From contig JAWUYT010000038.1 of the NCBI GenBank assembly GCA_034110665.1, positions 9,803-73,802 on the forward strand: 64,000 nt of DNA, in the 5' to 3' direction. The notes beneath the pieces were generated by a model. That model made no database searches. It was given only the letters and a program-made list of their open reading frames with translations, and was not told where the DNA came from. Each line of letters opens with the position of its first letter. Position 1 is the first letter of the stretch. Source of the stretch: Polaribacter sp. (GTDB lineage Bacteria; Bacteroidota; Bacteroidia; Flavobacteriales; Flavobacteriaceae). Position numbers and translations under genes: made by a program. Shown in pieces: positions 40,752 through 50,063 of this stretch.

Positions 40752-41225
40752 ATGACCAAAACAAGATTAGGATTAAATCAAGAGGAAAACTTAATTTTAG
40801 TGGATAAACTAAATGGACTATTAGCTAATTTTCAAACTTATTATCAGAACTTAAGAGGTTTGCACTGGAATATCAAAGGTAAAAATTTCTTTGAATTACA
40901 TGTAAAATTTGAGGAGTTTTATACAGATTCTCAAGTTAAAATTGACGATATCGCAGAGCGTATCTTGACTTTACAAGGCAAACCATTGCATACATTTTCA
41001 GATTATATTATTAATTCTTCAGTAGATGTAGGTAAAGATATTTCTAATGATGTTGAGGCTGTAGAGTTAGTAGTAAACTCTTTGTCTGAAATATTGAAAA
41101 TAGAAAGAGAAATTTTAGAAATATCTGATAAAGCAAATGATGAGGGTACAAATTCTATGATGAGCGATTTTATTGCTGAACAAGAAAAAACAATCTGGAT
41201 GCTAAATTCTTGGTTGGGGAAATAA
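40752..41225 (+). CDS. dps: DNA-protecting ferritin-like protein Dps
   Basis: HWNIKG..FFELH..FEE..D.IAER ferroxidase motif and EKTIWML. Confidence 0.93.
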   Translation: MTKTRLGLNQEENLILVDKLNGLLANFQTYYQNLRGLHWNIKGKNFFELHVKFEEFYTDSQVKIDDIAERILTLQGKPLHTFSDYIINSSVDVGKDISNDVEAVELVVNSLSEILKIEREILEISDKANDEGTNSMMSDFIAEQEKTIWMLNSWLGK

Positions 41226-41237
41226 TTCATAGAGTAT

Positions 41238-41299
41238 TGTCAAGTTGAGTTTTTTGAAGTCGTTTATTCTAAATACATTCCATCAAACTCAATCTGGCA
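41238..41299. repeat. Degenerate REP-like inverted repeat between convergent genes
   Basis: TGTCAAGTTGAGTTT ... AAACTCAATCTGGCA. Confidence 0.45.
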
Positions 41300-41331
41300 A
41301 ACTTATCTAAACATTGATTTTCTATTGTATT

Positions 41332-41973
41332 CTAAAAAATTAAATAAGAATAGCCAACTTCTAATCCTAAAATATTGTACCCGTCATTAGGTTTCTGGAA
41401 ATTTAGATTTGAAACATGCCCAAAATTACTACCGACATAAATAAAAGACTTCTTATAAATTTGATGAGATAATCCTACAGAAAAATTTTCAATAAAGGTA
41501 AACCCTTTTGCCAAACGTTCTGATCTGGTATCTATAAAGGATAACCCCAAACTTATCGTTCCTTGTAAATATAACTTTTTAGTCAATTTTATTTTTGACA
41601 CAAAACCAAATTCTAAACCATACAAATTCATGGTTTTTGGTTGTGTAAATTCTTCCCTTTTCTCTAAATAGTTTACTTGGTCTGGAGTTATGTACTGTTC
41701 ATTCACTAATTGATGATTTAAAAACTGAATTTGTGGTTGCAAAATTAATTCAAAATCAATATTTTTCCATTCTCCCAGATTATAAAAAGCTTGAAATTTA
41801 TATGCACTTGTTACATAGATATAATCAGGATCATCAAAAATAAAATTTTCGTTTGTACCATAATGATATAAGATCCCAATTTTTTTAGGGTTCAAAATGG
41901 ATACTTCTTTATCCTGACTATATAAAACAATAGAAATAAAAAACAAAAACAAACATAAAATCCGATTCTTCAT
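41332..41973 (-). CDS. Acyloxyacyl hydrolase / PagL-like outer-membrane barrel
   Basis: Signal peptide, HVSN catalytic-type motif, PNDGYN, aromatic C-terminus. Confidence 0.72.
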   Translation of the reverse strand: MKNRILCLFLFFISIVLYSQDKEVSILNPKKIGILYHYGTNENFIFDDPDYIYVTSAYKFQAFYNLGEWKNIDFELILQPQIQFLNHQLVNEQYITPDQVNYLEKREEFTQPKTMNLYGLEFGFVSKIKLTKKLYLQGTISLGLSFIDTRSERLAKGFTFIENFSVGLSHQIYKKSFIYVGSNFGHVSNLNFQKPNDGYNILGLEVGYSYLIF

Positions 41974-41999
41974 AAATAGAACTTAAAATAGAGTATATT

Positions 42000-42890
42000 T
42001 TATGCGCTAAACATTTGTGCAACTTTTTCAGCTTTTCTGCTGTCCGTATAATCATAAAAACCTTCTCCAGATTTTATACCTAATTTTCCTGCCATCACCA
42101 TATTCACCAATAATGGACAAGGTGCATATTTAGGGTTTTTAAAACCATCATACATCACATTTAAAATAGATAAACAAACATCTAAACCAATAAAATCTGC
42201 TAATTGCAAAGGTCCCATTGGGTGTGCCATACCTAATTTCATTACCGTATCAATTTCAGCAACACCAGCAACACTATTATAAAGCGTTTCAATTGATTCA
42301 TTAATCATCGGCATTAGAATTCTATTTGCCACAAAACCAGGATAATCATTTACTTCTACAGGAGTTTTTCCTATTTTTTTAGATAATTCTACTATAAAAT
42401 TCATCACTTGATCAGTAGTATTATAACCCCTAATAATCTCAACTAATTTCATAATGGGCACTGGATTCATAAAATGCATTCCAATCACTTTTTCAGGCCT
42501 TTTTGTGACCGCTGCAATTTGAGTAATAGAAATTGATGATGTATTGGTTGCTAAAATGGTTTCTGTATCACAAACTTCATCTAATTCTTTGAAAATTTTC
42601 GATTTTAACACTGCATTTTCAGTGGCCGCTTCTATCACTAAATCTACATTCTTAACTCCTTCACTTATTTCTGTAAAAGCGGTAATATTCGTTAAAATAG
42701 CCGTTTTTTCTACTTCTGTTATCTTTTCTTTAGCCACCATTCTATCCAAGTTTTTGGTAATAGTTGCCAATCCTTTTTTCAAGGCATTGTCAGAAACATC
42801 AATTAAATGAACCTTATAATCAAATTGGGCAAATGTATGTGCAATTCCATTTCCCATGGTTCCGGCACCAATTACAGCTATTTTTTTCAT
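42000..42890 (-). CDS. hbd: 3-hydroxybutyryl-CoA dehydrogenase
   Basis: GAGTMG, NTSSISIT, GMHFMNP, PGFVANR and HPMGPL motifs. Confidence 0.9.
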   Translation of the reverse strand: MKKIAVIGAGTMGNGIAHTFAQFDYKVHLIDVSDNALKKGLATITKNLDRMVAKEKITEVEKTAILTNITAFTEISEGVKNVDLVIEAATENAVLKSKIFKELDEVCDTETILATNTSSISITQIAAVTKRPEKVIGMHFMNPVPIMKLVEIIRGYNTTDQVMNFIVELSKKIGKTPVEVNDYPGFVANRILMPMINESIETLYNSVAGVAEIDTVMKLGMAHPMGPLQLADFIGLDVCLSILNVMYDGFKNPKYAPCPLLVNMVMAGKLGIKSGEGFYDYTDSRKAEKVAQMFSA

Positions 42891-42936
42891 GAATATGTTT
42901 TAAAAATTAGGTGTTAAAAAAGATAAATTTATGCGT

Positions 42937-43084
42937 TTAATCTTTTAAAATTTGAATATATTTTTCAGAGTTTTGAATTCCTTTGTGTTTTAATCTTTTT
43001 GTACGCTGGTCATTACAAAAAAATTTTCTAGCTTTTTTTTAGCAATCTTATTATGCAGGATTTGATTATTTCATCATTTTTCAT
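42937..43084 (-). pseudogene. Possible frameshifted ~50-aa small gene
   Basis: TAGTTTTG-N4-ATG start; MKNDEIIK / LHNKIAKKKLENF / CNDQRTKRLKHKGIQNSEKYIQILKD joined across two frameshifts. Confidence 0.3.
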
Positions 43085-43152
43085 AGTACAAAACTAATTG
43101 TAAAAAAGGGTTTGAACTTCCTTACCGAAAGCAACAATCTAAAAACAAAATG

Positions 43153-44136
43153 TTAAAATTTTAAATCTTTTTCTGTTTTAAAACAATCAATAATCCGCTG
43201 TGCAACCCTTAAAGCGTCCGCGCCATTTTCTAAAGTAACAACAGGAGTTGTATTATTTATAATAGCGTCCGAAAAAGCTTCTAACTCATCTAAAATTGCA
43301 TTATTATTAGTTATTTCAGGGGTTTCAAAATAAATTTGTTTTTTTATACCCTCATCATTTTGTAAAATCATAGCAAATTCATCTGGTTTTTCTGGTACAT
43401 CCTTCATTCGCACAACTTCAGACTCTTTACTCAAAAAGTTTACAGAGATATAGGCGTCCTTCTGAAAAAAACGTGTTTTACGCATGTTTTTCATAGAAAT
43501 TCTACTCGCCGTTAAATTCGCAACACAACCGTTTTCAAATTCAATTCTGGCATTGGCAATATCTGGTGTTTTAGAAATTACAGAAATACCACTAGCGTGT
43601 ACATTTTTTACTTTAGATTTTACAACAGAAAGAATGATATCGATATCATGAATCATTAAATCTAAAACCACAGGAACATCAGTCCCTCTGGGATTAAATT
43701 CTGCCAATCTATGTGTTTCAATAAACATAGGATTGTTTATTTTATCTTTTACTGTAGTAAATGCAGGATTGAAACGTTCTACATGACCGACTTGACCTTT
43801 AACATGATATTGACTTGCCAAAGTTTTAATGGCCTCGGCTTCTAAAACTGTATTTGTAATTGGTTTTTCGATAAAAATATGACGCCCTTTTTCGATAGCA
43901 TTTTTAGCACAATCAAAATGAGATAAAGTAGGTGTTACAATATCAACAACATCTACAGCATCAATTAATTCATCGATAGAGTCAAAAGATTTGTATCCAA
44001 AATTCATCACCACATTTTTTACATTTTCTGTCGAAGGATCATAAAATCCTATCAAATCATATTTTTCTGACTGCGCTAGCAAACGAAGATGAATCTTTCC
44101 TAAATGACCTGCTCCTAAAACCCCAACTTTTAGCAT
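43153..44136 (-). CDS. Gfo/Idh/MocA family oxidoreductase
   Basis: GAGHLG, IEKP, GHVERFNP and DLMIHDID motifs; start MLKVGVLG. Confidence 0.88.
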   Translation of the reverse strand: MLKVGVLGAGHLGKIHLRLLAQSEKYDLIGFYDPSTENVKNVVMNFGYKSFDSIDELIDAVDVVDIVTPTLSHFDCAKNAIEKGRHIFIEKPITNTVLEAEAIKTLASQYHVKGQVGHVERFNPAFTTVKDKINNPMFIETHRLAEFNPRGTDVPVVLDLMIHDIDIILSVVKSKVKNVHASGISVISKTPDIANARIEFENGCVANLTASRISMKNMRKTRFFQKDAYISVNFLSKESEVVRMKDVPEKPDEFAMILQNDEGIKKQIYFETPEITNNNAILDELEAFSDAIINNTTPVVTLENGADALRVAQRIIDCFKTEKDLKF

Positions 44137-44351
44137 ATGTATATTTTTTTGTCCTTTCGAATAAAACAAATCCTTACTATTTAAATAAAAAAGACTACTG
44201 TCATTTTACTCAAATAAGTTTAGTTTTTTCTTCTTAAAGGTATTAATTTTGAATTTTGCTGTTTTTTAAATTAAACGAAAACAAAGATACAATTTTATAA
44301 GAATTTAATTCAATTTATTACTACTTTTAGACTCCTAAAACAAAACCACAA

Positions 44352-44993
44352 TTGAAAGACACAGCAAAACACCAAGGACTCCGGAATCAATTAGCTACTG
44401 TGTTAAAAGCAAAAGGAATAACAGATGAAAGTGTGTTAAATGCGGTTCGTAAAATTCCACGTCATTTATTTATCGATTCTAGTTTTGAATCGCATGCATA
44501 TCAAGACAAGGCATTCCCAATTGCTGCAGATCAAACTATTTCTCAACCTTATACTGTCGCTTTTCAATCGCAAACTTTAGAAATTAAAAAAGGTGACAAA
44601 GTTTTAGAAATTGGCACAGGTTCAGGATATCAAACAGCCACCTTGTTAGAATTAAAAGCAGAAGTTTATTCTATTGAAAGACAACATGAACTCTTTAAAA
44701 AAACATCACTTTTTCTTCCAAAATTAGGTTATAAACCAAAGAGATTTATTTTTGGAGATGGTTATAAAGGTTTGAAAGAACAAGCTCCTTTTGATAAGAT
44801 TATAGTAACTGCTGGAGCGCCTTTTGTGCCAAAACCTCTTTTGAGTCAGTTAAAAGTAGGAGGAATGTTACTAATTCCTGTTGGGGATACAAACCAAGTT
44901 ATGACTTTATTTATCAGGAAGTCTGCTAAAGAATTTGAAAAACAAGAATTAGGTGATTTTGCTTTTGTACCAATGTTAGAAGAAAGGAATTGA
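44352..44993 (+). CDS. pcm: Protein-L-isoaspartate O-methyltransferase
   Basis: QTISQP, VLEIGTGSGY, APFDKIIVTA and FVPM motifs. Confidence 0.93.
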   Translation: MKDTAKHQGLRNQLATVLKAKGITDESVLNAVRKIPRHLFIDSSFESHAYQDKAFPIAADQTISQPYTVAFQSQTLEIKKGDKVLEIGTGSGYQTATLLELKAEVYSIERQHELFKKTSLFLPKLGYKPKRFIFGDGYKGLKEQAPFDKIIVTAGAPFVPKPLLSQLKVGGMLLIPVGDTNQVMTLFIRKSAKEFEKQELGDFAFVPMLEERN

Positions 44994-45128
44994 TTATTTT
45001 AATTATAATTTAAGTTTTTAAAATAGTTTGTAATGACGTTAAAATTGTAGTAAATTTTGAATGGAAGTAAAGCATAATACTAATTTTGATTTAAATTTAT
45101 TTCGTTAAAAATTTAATAAAAAATATAA

Positions 45129-45881
45129 TTATTTTAAATTATTTAAAGTTTCAATTACCTCATTTCTTTTTCTAACAGAAACAGGAATATTACTTTTATC
45201 TTTTAGTATAAGATATCCTCCATCAGATTTTATAAACTCTTTAATGTATCTCGTATTGATTAAATGACTTTGATGTACTCTCAAGAATTGATGTTCTTTT
45301 AGCATATCTGCATAGTATTTTAAGGTTTTAGAAACCAATATTTTTTGGCCATTTTTTAAATGGAAAGTAGTATAATTACTATCAGAATTACACCGTACAA
45401 TTTCTGAAAGTTCTAGAACAATAATTTTTTCTGAAGTATGTAAAGATATTTTTTGTGAAACTTTATTCGTGTTTTTTATAGATTCCTGTAAAACAGCTAT
45501 TTGTTCTCTGTTTGGCTGTATCTGGTCTGTTGCTTTTTTAATTGAATTTGCGAGATCTTCATTAGAATATGGTTTTAAAATATAATCGATTGCAGCAAAT
45601 TTAAAAGCTTTAATAGCATATTCATCACTGGCAGTTACAAAGATTATTTTTGATTGCAAATTGGACACAATTTCAAGAATATCAAAACTAGTACCATCAC
45701 CTAATTTAATATCTAGAAACAAAATGTCTGGATGATTTTTCTGTAATAATTTAGCCGCAGAAATTACGCTGCTTGCTTTTCCTATAATTTCAATTTCTGG
45801 ATGATGTTTTTCAATATCATGACAGAGCATCTCTAAAGCTTCAGGTATATCATCAACTACAATAGATGTGAATTTTTTCAT
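45129..45881 (-). CDS. LytTR family response regulator
   Basis: Receiver domain (VVDD, FLDIKL, KP) plus LytTR domain (FLRVHQSHLIN, IPVS). Confidence 0.92.
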   Translation of the reverse strand: MKKFTSIVVDDIPEALEMLCHDIEKHHPEIEIIGKASSVISAAKLLQKNHPDILFLDIKLGDGTSFDILEIVSNLQSKIIFVTASDEYAIKAFKFAAIDYILKPYSNEDLANSIKKATDQIQPNREQIAVLQESIKNTNKVSQKISLHTSEKIIVLELSEIVRCNSDSNYTTFHLKNGQKILVSKTLKYYADMLKEHQFLRVHQSHLINTRYIKEFIKSDGGYLILKDKSNIPVSVRKRNEVIETLNNLK

Positions 45882-45882
45882 T

Positions 45883-46728
45883 TTACGACTTTTTTGACAA
45901 TTTAAACACAGTTATTTCTGGTCTTACGTTAAATCTTACCTGATATAGGTTTCCCAGAGCTCGGTTGATATAAAGCGTTCTACCATCATTTAAATCTATT
46001 TCACCAGCAGTATATTTTTTGTTTTTTACAGGTAAAATTGGCGGATTTAAAAAAGGAGGTTTTACTTGACCTCCATGCGTATGACCTGCCAAAATCCAAC
46101 CTTTATAGTTGTGCCAAACATCTAAATCACAAACATCAGGATTGTGGCATAACACTATATTCGCATTTTCGGAATTGTGTTTATTCATTGTTTTTTTTGG
46201 ATCAAAGTTTAATCCCCAAAAATCATCTAAACCAATAATATGTAATCCATTAAAATTAAATGCATCATTACATAAAATTTTAACCCCAGTATTCTCAAGA
46301 ATTGAAGTAATAGTAGTAGCAACATTTTGATCTGACCAATCATGGCCGTAGTCATGATTCCCTAGAATACCAGCAGTTCCTAATTTTCCTTTTACCACAT
46401 GTTTAAAAACTTCTTTTAATTGCGAAAACTGCTCTTCATCGTCATAATCAACAAAATCTCCGGTATACACAACAAAATCTGGATTGTAGGTTTTTGCCTT
46501 CGCAAAAGAATCTATAATATATTGATAATTAAACCGGTTTCCAACGTGAATATCACTAATCTGAATGAGCTTTTTTCCAATCAAGTTTTCAGGTAAATTC
46601 TTTACAGGCATTTTTTTATGAACAAACTCCAACCAAAAGGGTTCAATTTGCCAGGAATACATTCCACCAATAAATCCTAATCCTAGCGGTCCTAAAAGTG
46701 TTTTTTTAATAAATTTCGCTCTTTTCAT
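45883..46728 (-). CDS. Metallophosphoesterase (YkuE/YaeI-like)
   Basis: SDIH, TGD, GNHD, HNPD and GHTHGGQ motifs. Confidence 0.88.
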   Translation of the reverse strand: MKRAKFIKKTLLGPLGLGFIGGMYSWQIEPFWLEFVHKKMPVKNLPENLIGKKLIQISDIHVGNRFNYQYIIDSFAKAKTYNPDFVVYTGDFVDYDDEEQFSQLKEVFKHVVKGKLGTAGILGNHDYGHDWSDQNVATTITSILENTGVKILCNDAFNFNGLHIIGLDDFWGLNFDPKKTMNKHNSENANIVLCHNPDVCDLDVWHNYKGWILAGHTHGGQVKPPFLNPPILPVKNKKYTAGEIDLNDGRTLYINRALGNLYQVRFNVRPEITVFKLSKKS

Positions 46729-48704
46729 TAGTAATCTGTTTTTAATGGAATTCTAAAGCTCACTTTAGTTCCTCTAATTTTATTTTCTGCTACTATTTCA
46801 TCGATAGAGAAAGAACTTTTAGGAGATAGGATGTGCAGTCTTTCCTTTGATACTTTTAACGAGACTGAATTATGATTAGAATTTTCCTTTCTTTTTTTAG
46901 CCTCATGAATTCCGATGCCATTATCGATAATAGAGCAGTATAAAAAATGATGTTTTACTTCAAAGCTTACAGACACTTCTCCTAAAGTAGTATCCTTGAA
47001 TGCATGCTGCACAGAGTTTTCAACAAAAGGTTGCACTAACATCGTAGGAATTAGAATTTCATCGGCATCAGTATTATTCAAATTTGCTACTATGGTGAAG
47101 GTAAATGATTTAGAACTCATTCTTTGCGCTAACTCAATATAATTTTTTAAAAGACTAATTTCTTCTTGTAATGTAATTTCTTCTTTTCTTGAATTGTGTA
47201 AAATCCCTCTCAACAAAACCGAAAATTTAGAAATAGTAGCATTTAACTCCTCAATTTTACCTGAATTACCAAGTGCTTTAATTCCATTTAAAACATTAAA
47301 TATAAAATGCGGATTCATTTGTAATTGCAACGCTTTCTGCTCTAAAGACAATAAACGATTTTGCATTTTTAAAACATCTAGTCTTTCTTTATGCCTCTTG
47401 TTAAGCTGCCTTAAATAGTAATCCAATGAAAAATAACTTACCAATAATAAAGAAATAATAACGGCAAAAATAAACCATGCTTTTTGATAAAAAGGAGCGT
47501 CAATGATAAAAGAAAAAGATTCAATAACACTCTTTTTTTCTTCTATTTTAGACTGCACTTGAAATGTATAGCTACCAGCTGATAAATTTGGAAATTGAAC
47601 GGTGTTATTTTTTGACCAAGGAGAAAAACCATCAACAAGTTTGTTACGGTATTTTATTTTCTTTGGATTTGAAAGATCTACTGTCTTAAAAGTAATGGAA
47701 ATATTATTGTCAGTATTTAAGAACTTTACATTTTTATCAAATAAAACTGAATCTATATTTTGATGATTTACTTGTAAGTTTTCAAAATGAATGGTTGGCT
47801 TTCTGTCTAATTCGTTTGATTGGTTGGCAAAACTTATTTTATATAGACCCTCATTTGTAGCAATCCAATTTGCCCGCATTTTATCCTTAAAAACGGAGTG
47901 AATCGAATTTGTATTTAAAGAGTTGTATTTGTTTATTTTTTGTTTAAAAGAAAAGGAGGGAAGCACAAAAACTTCTATTCCGTCAGTTTTTGAAGTAACC
48001 CAAATTTCATTTTTCAGTTTTTTTACAGAAGATATATGCTCTAAAGTTGTGATCTCTTTATCTATTGCATTTCCATTTATGAAGTACAAGCCATTTTGTA
48101 GTGTTGCTGCAATAATTTTGTTTTGAAATATTTCTAAAGAGACACTATTTTCTTTTAGTATTCTTTCTGTATTTTTAGGATTTAGCAAATCATCTATTTT
48201 CCATAATCCTTTGTTAGAAGCTATGTAAATGGAATTTTTACAAAAAATAAGATCGTTAATGATAGAAAAATCTAATGTTGTATTAATATTGAGGGGTTGC
48301 AGATAGGTTTCTTTTAAATGATAAATACCTTCTTCGGTACCGACAAAAATTTCATTCTTGATAGAAACTATTTTTAGTACTTTCTTTGATTCATAAAATT
48401 GTTCTTTCGATTTATTTTTGATGTACAACCCGTTTTCTAAACCAGCATACAAAACGTTATTTTTAACAAGTATATTTGTTGTTTTTAGTTGGTTAATCTG
48501 CTCAAAATCATCACCATCAAATTTCACCAAACCTTTCTCTGTTGCAATCCATAAATAACCAATTTCGTCTTGTTGAAGATCATAAATAAGACTGCTTGGC
48601 AAACCATCATCAACAGACATATTTTTAATATTCGTTTGTTGGGCGCAAATATGTAAACTATAAACTAGAATAAAAACGAAACTTATTTTTTTAAAAATAC
48701 ACAT
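46728..48704 (-). CDS. LytS-type sensor histidine kinase with periplasmic beta-propeller and Y_Y_Y domain
   Basis: DGLPSS..LWIAT repeats, YTFQVQ, TM helix, QMNPHFIFN, QPFVENSVQH and DNGIG. ATG at 48704 preferred. Confidence 0.88.
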   Translation of the reverse strand: MCIFKKISFVFILVYSLHICAQQTNIKNMSVDDGLPSSLIYDLQQDEIGYLWIATEKGLVKFDGDDFEQINQLKTTNILVKNNVLYAGLENGLYIKNKSKEQFYESKKVLKIVSIKNEIFVGTEEGIYHLKETYLQPLNINTTLDFSIINDLIFCKNSIYIASNKGLWKIDDLLNPKNTERILKENSVSLEIFQNKIIAATLQNGLYFINGNAIDKEITTLEHISSVKKLKNEIWVTSKTDGIEVFVLPSFSFKQKINKYNSLNTNSIHSVFKDKMRANWIATNEGLYKISFANQSNELDRKPTIHFENLQVNHQNIDSVLFDKNVKFLNTDNNISITFKTVDLSNPKKIKYRNKLVDGFSPWSKNNTVQFPNLSAGSYTFQVQSKIEEKKSVIESFSFIIDAPFYQKAWFIFAVIISLLLVSYFSLDYYLRQLNKRHKERLDVLKMQNRLLSLEQKALQLQMNPHFIFNVLNGIKALGNSGKIEELNATISKFSVLLRGILHNSRKEEITLQEEISLLKNYIELAQRMSSKSFTFTIVANLNNTDADEILIPTMLVQPFVENSVQHAFKDTTLGEVSVSFEVKHHFLYCSIIDNGIGIHEAKKRKENSNHNSVSLKVSKERLHILSPKSSFSIDEIVAENKIRGTKVSFRIPLKTDY

Positions 48705-48722
48705 AAACAAACTTACTAATTA

Positions 48723-48758
48723 AAACGTCATTATACCCTATTTTGTATAATGACGTTT
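48723..48758. terminator. 14-bp perfect hairpin between lipoprotein and kinase genes
   Basis: AAACGTCATTATAC-N8-GTATAATGACGTTT. Confidence 0.6.
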
Positions 48759-48782
48759 GTAAAAACTACTTTTCTCTCTCAC

Positions 48783-49874
48783 TTATTTCAGGGCATACAA
48801 ACGCTTGTTGTTTGTATCTGGTTGTATGTATTGTAATTCTCCATAAGGCCTAATTAGGGGCTTTAACACCACTAAACCTGTTGCTTTTGCCGTTATAATT
48901 AACATGCTATTCTTCATTCTATAGGTCCATCTATATTTTTCAATAGGGATGTTTAGTTCTTCCACTTCTGCAATTAAAAGTTCTTGTTGTTGTATAAAAT
49001 CTATAATTTCTTCTTGGTTTTCAAAAGTCGGAACTTCGTCATCTGAATTATGATAATCCAATTCAAATTTTATAGGAATTGTAAATTGCGTAGTGTATGC
49101 TTCCCCTACAAATCTTTCTTCCTCATTATTCAATGCTTCGAGCCAGTTGATATCTTTCTCTTCAGGATATTTTCTTGCAATTTCTTTTGATAAATCTACT
49201 TTACCTGGAGAATGCGCTGTAGGATAAAAGACATAATGTGGTTTTGCTAAATAATGTTTTGTGAACTCGCCATCAAAAACTGAAAAGTAAGGAGAGGCAA
49301 TAATGCTAGGTAGTTCATCTGCACAAAATGCATCCTTAAAAGTGGTCATTAACTCCTTGTTTTCTCCCAAACCGTTGGCATGAAAAATAATTTTAGAATT
49401 TGCATTTACACTTTCTTGTAAAATTGGTAAAGTACCCCTTGTGATGTTATTTCTTAAAGTTTCTATCGTAACTTTTTTACCTTTTACAACAGTTTCTAAA
49501 GTCATTCCTTTAAATGGATTGCTCTTGTTTACAATGTGAATTTCGCCATAATAATTTTTAGAGGCATTTCTATTTAACCAATTAATAATCTCTTCTATAG
49601 AATATTGGTCTTCCACAATTTCAAATCCTTTTTCTTCAAAAAAGGCTCTAGCATTCTCGTAATAATTCTCTTTTCCTTTATCAAAACCAGTAATAAAAAC
49701 TAGCGGATTTCTGGTAATTACTTCTTGTTTTACTGTATAATCTAATGCTGATTCTGCTGCTATTGTAGCCATTTCATTTTCTTTAATTGCGGTTTTTTGA
49801 TCACAATTAACAAAAATAATTGATGTTAAAATGAAGGCTATTGCAAATACTGACTTTCTAAATACGGTTTTCAT
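48783..49874 (-). CDS. Hypothetical lipoprotein
   Basis: Signal peptide with lipobox-like FVNC; 363-aa intact ORF. Confidence 0.75.
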   Translation of the reverse strand: MKTVFRKSVFAIAFILTSIIFVNCDQKTAIKENEMATIAAESALDYTVKQEVITRNPLVFITGFDKGKENYYENARAFFEEKGFEIVEDQYSIEEIINWLNRNASKNYYGEIHIVNKSNPFKGMTLETVVKGKKVTIETLRNNITRGTLPILQESVNANSKIIFHANGLGENKELMTTFKDAFCADELPSIIASPYFSVFDGEFTKHYLAKPHYVFYPTAHSPGKVDLSKEIARKYPEEKDINWLEALNNEEERFVGEAYTTQFTIPIKFELDYHNSDDEVPTFENQEEIIDFIQQQELLIAEVEELNIPIEKYRWTYRMKNSMLIITAKATGLVVLKPLIRPYGELQYIQPDTNNKRLYALK

Positions 49875-49939
49875 AATTTCTGTTTTTTACTGTTATATAT
49901 TGTAAATGTAAAACTGAATTGAACATCTATTTTAGCTGT

Positions 49940-49972
49940 ATTAGAATTCGTGATTAGTGAATTAGAATTCGT
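49940..49972. promoter_or_regulatory. Direct repeat with 21-bp period (LytTR-type binding site)
   Basis: ATTAGAATTCGT at 49940 and 49961. Confidence 0.65.
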
Positions 49973-50063
49973 TGGTTTTTTAAGATTTTAATTTTTTAAG
50001 ACGTTAGTTATTTGCTTTAAAAGTTTAATAGCTTAAATTTATCCCCTAATAAATGCTACTGCT

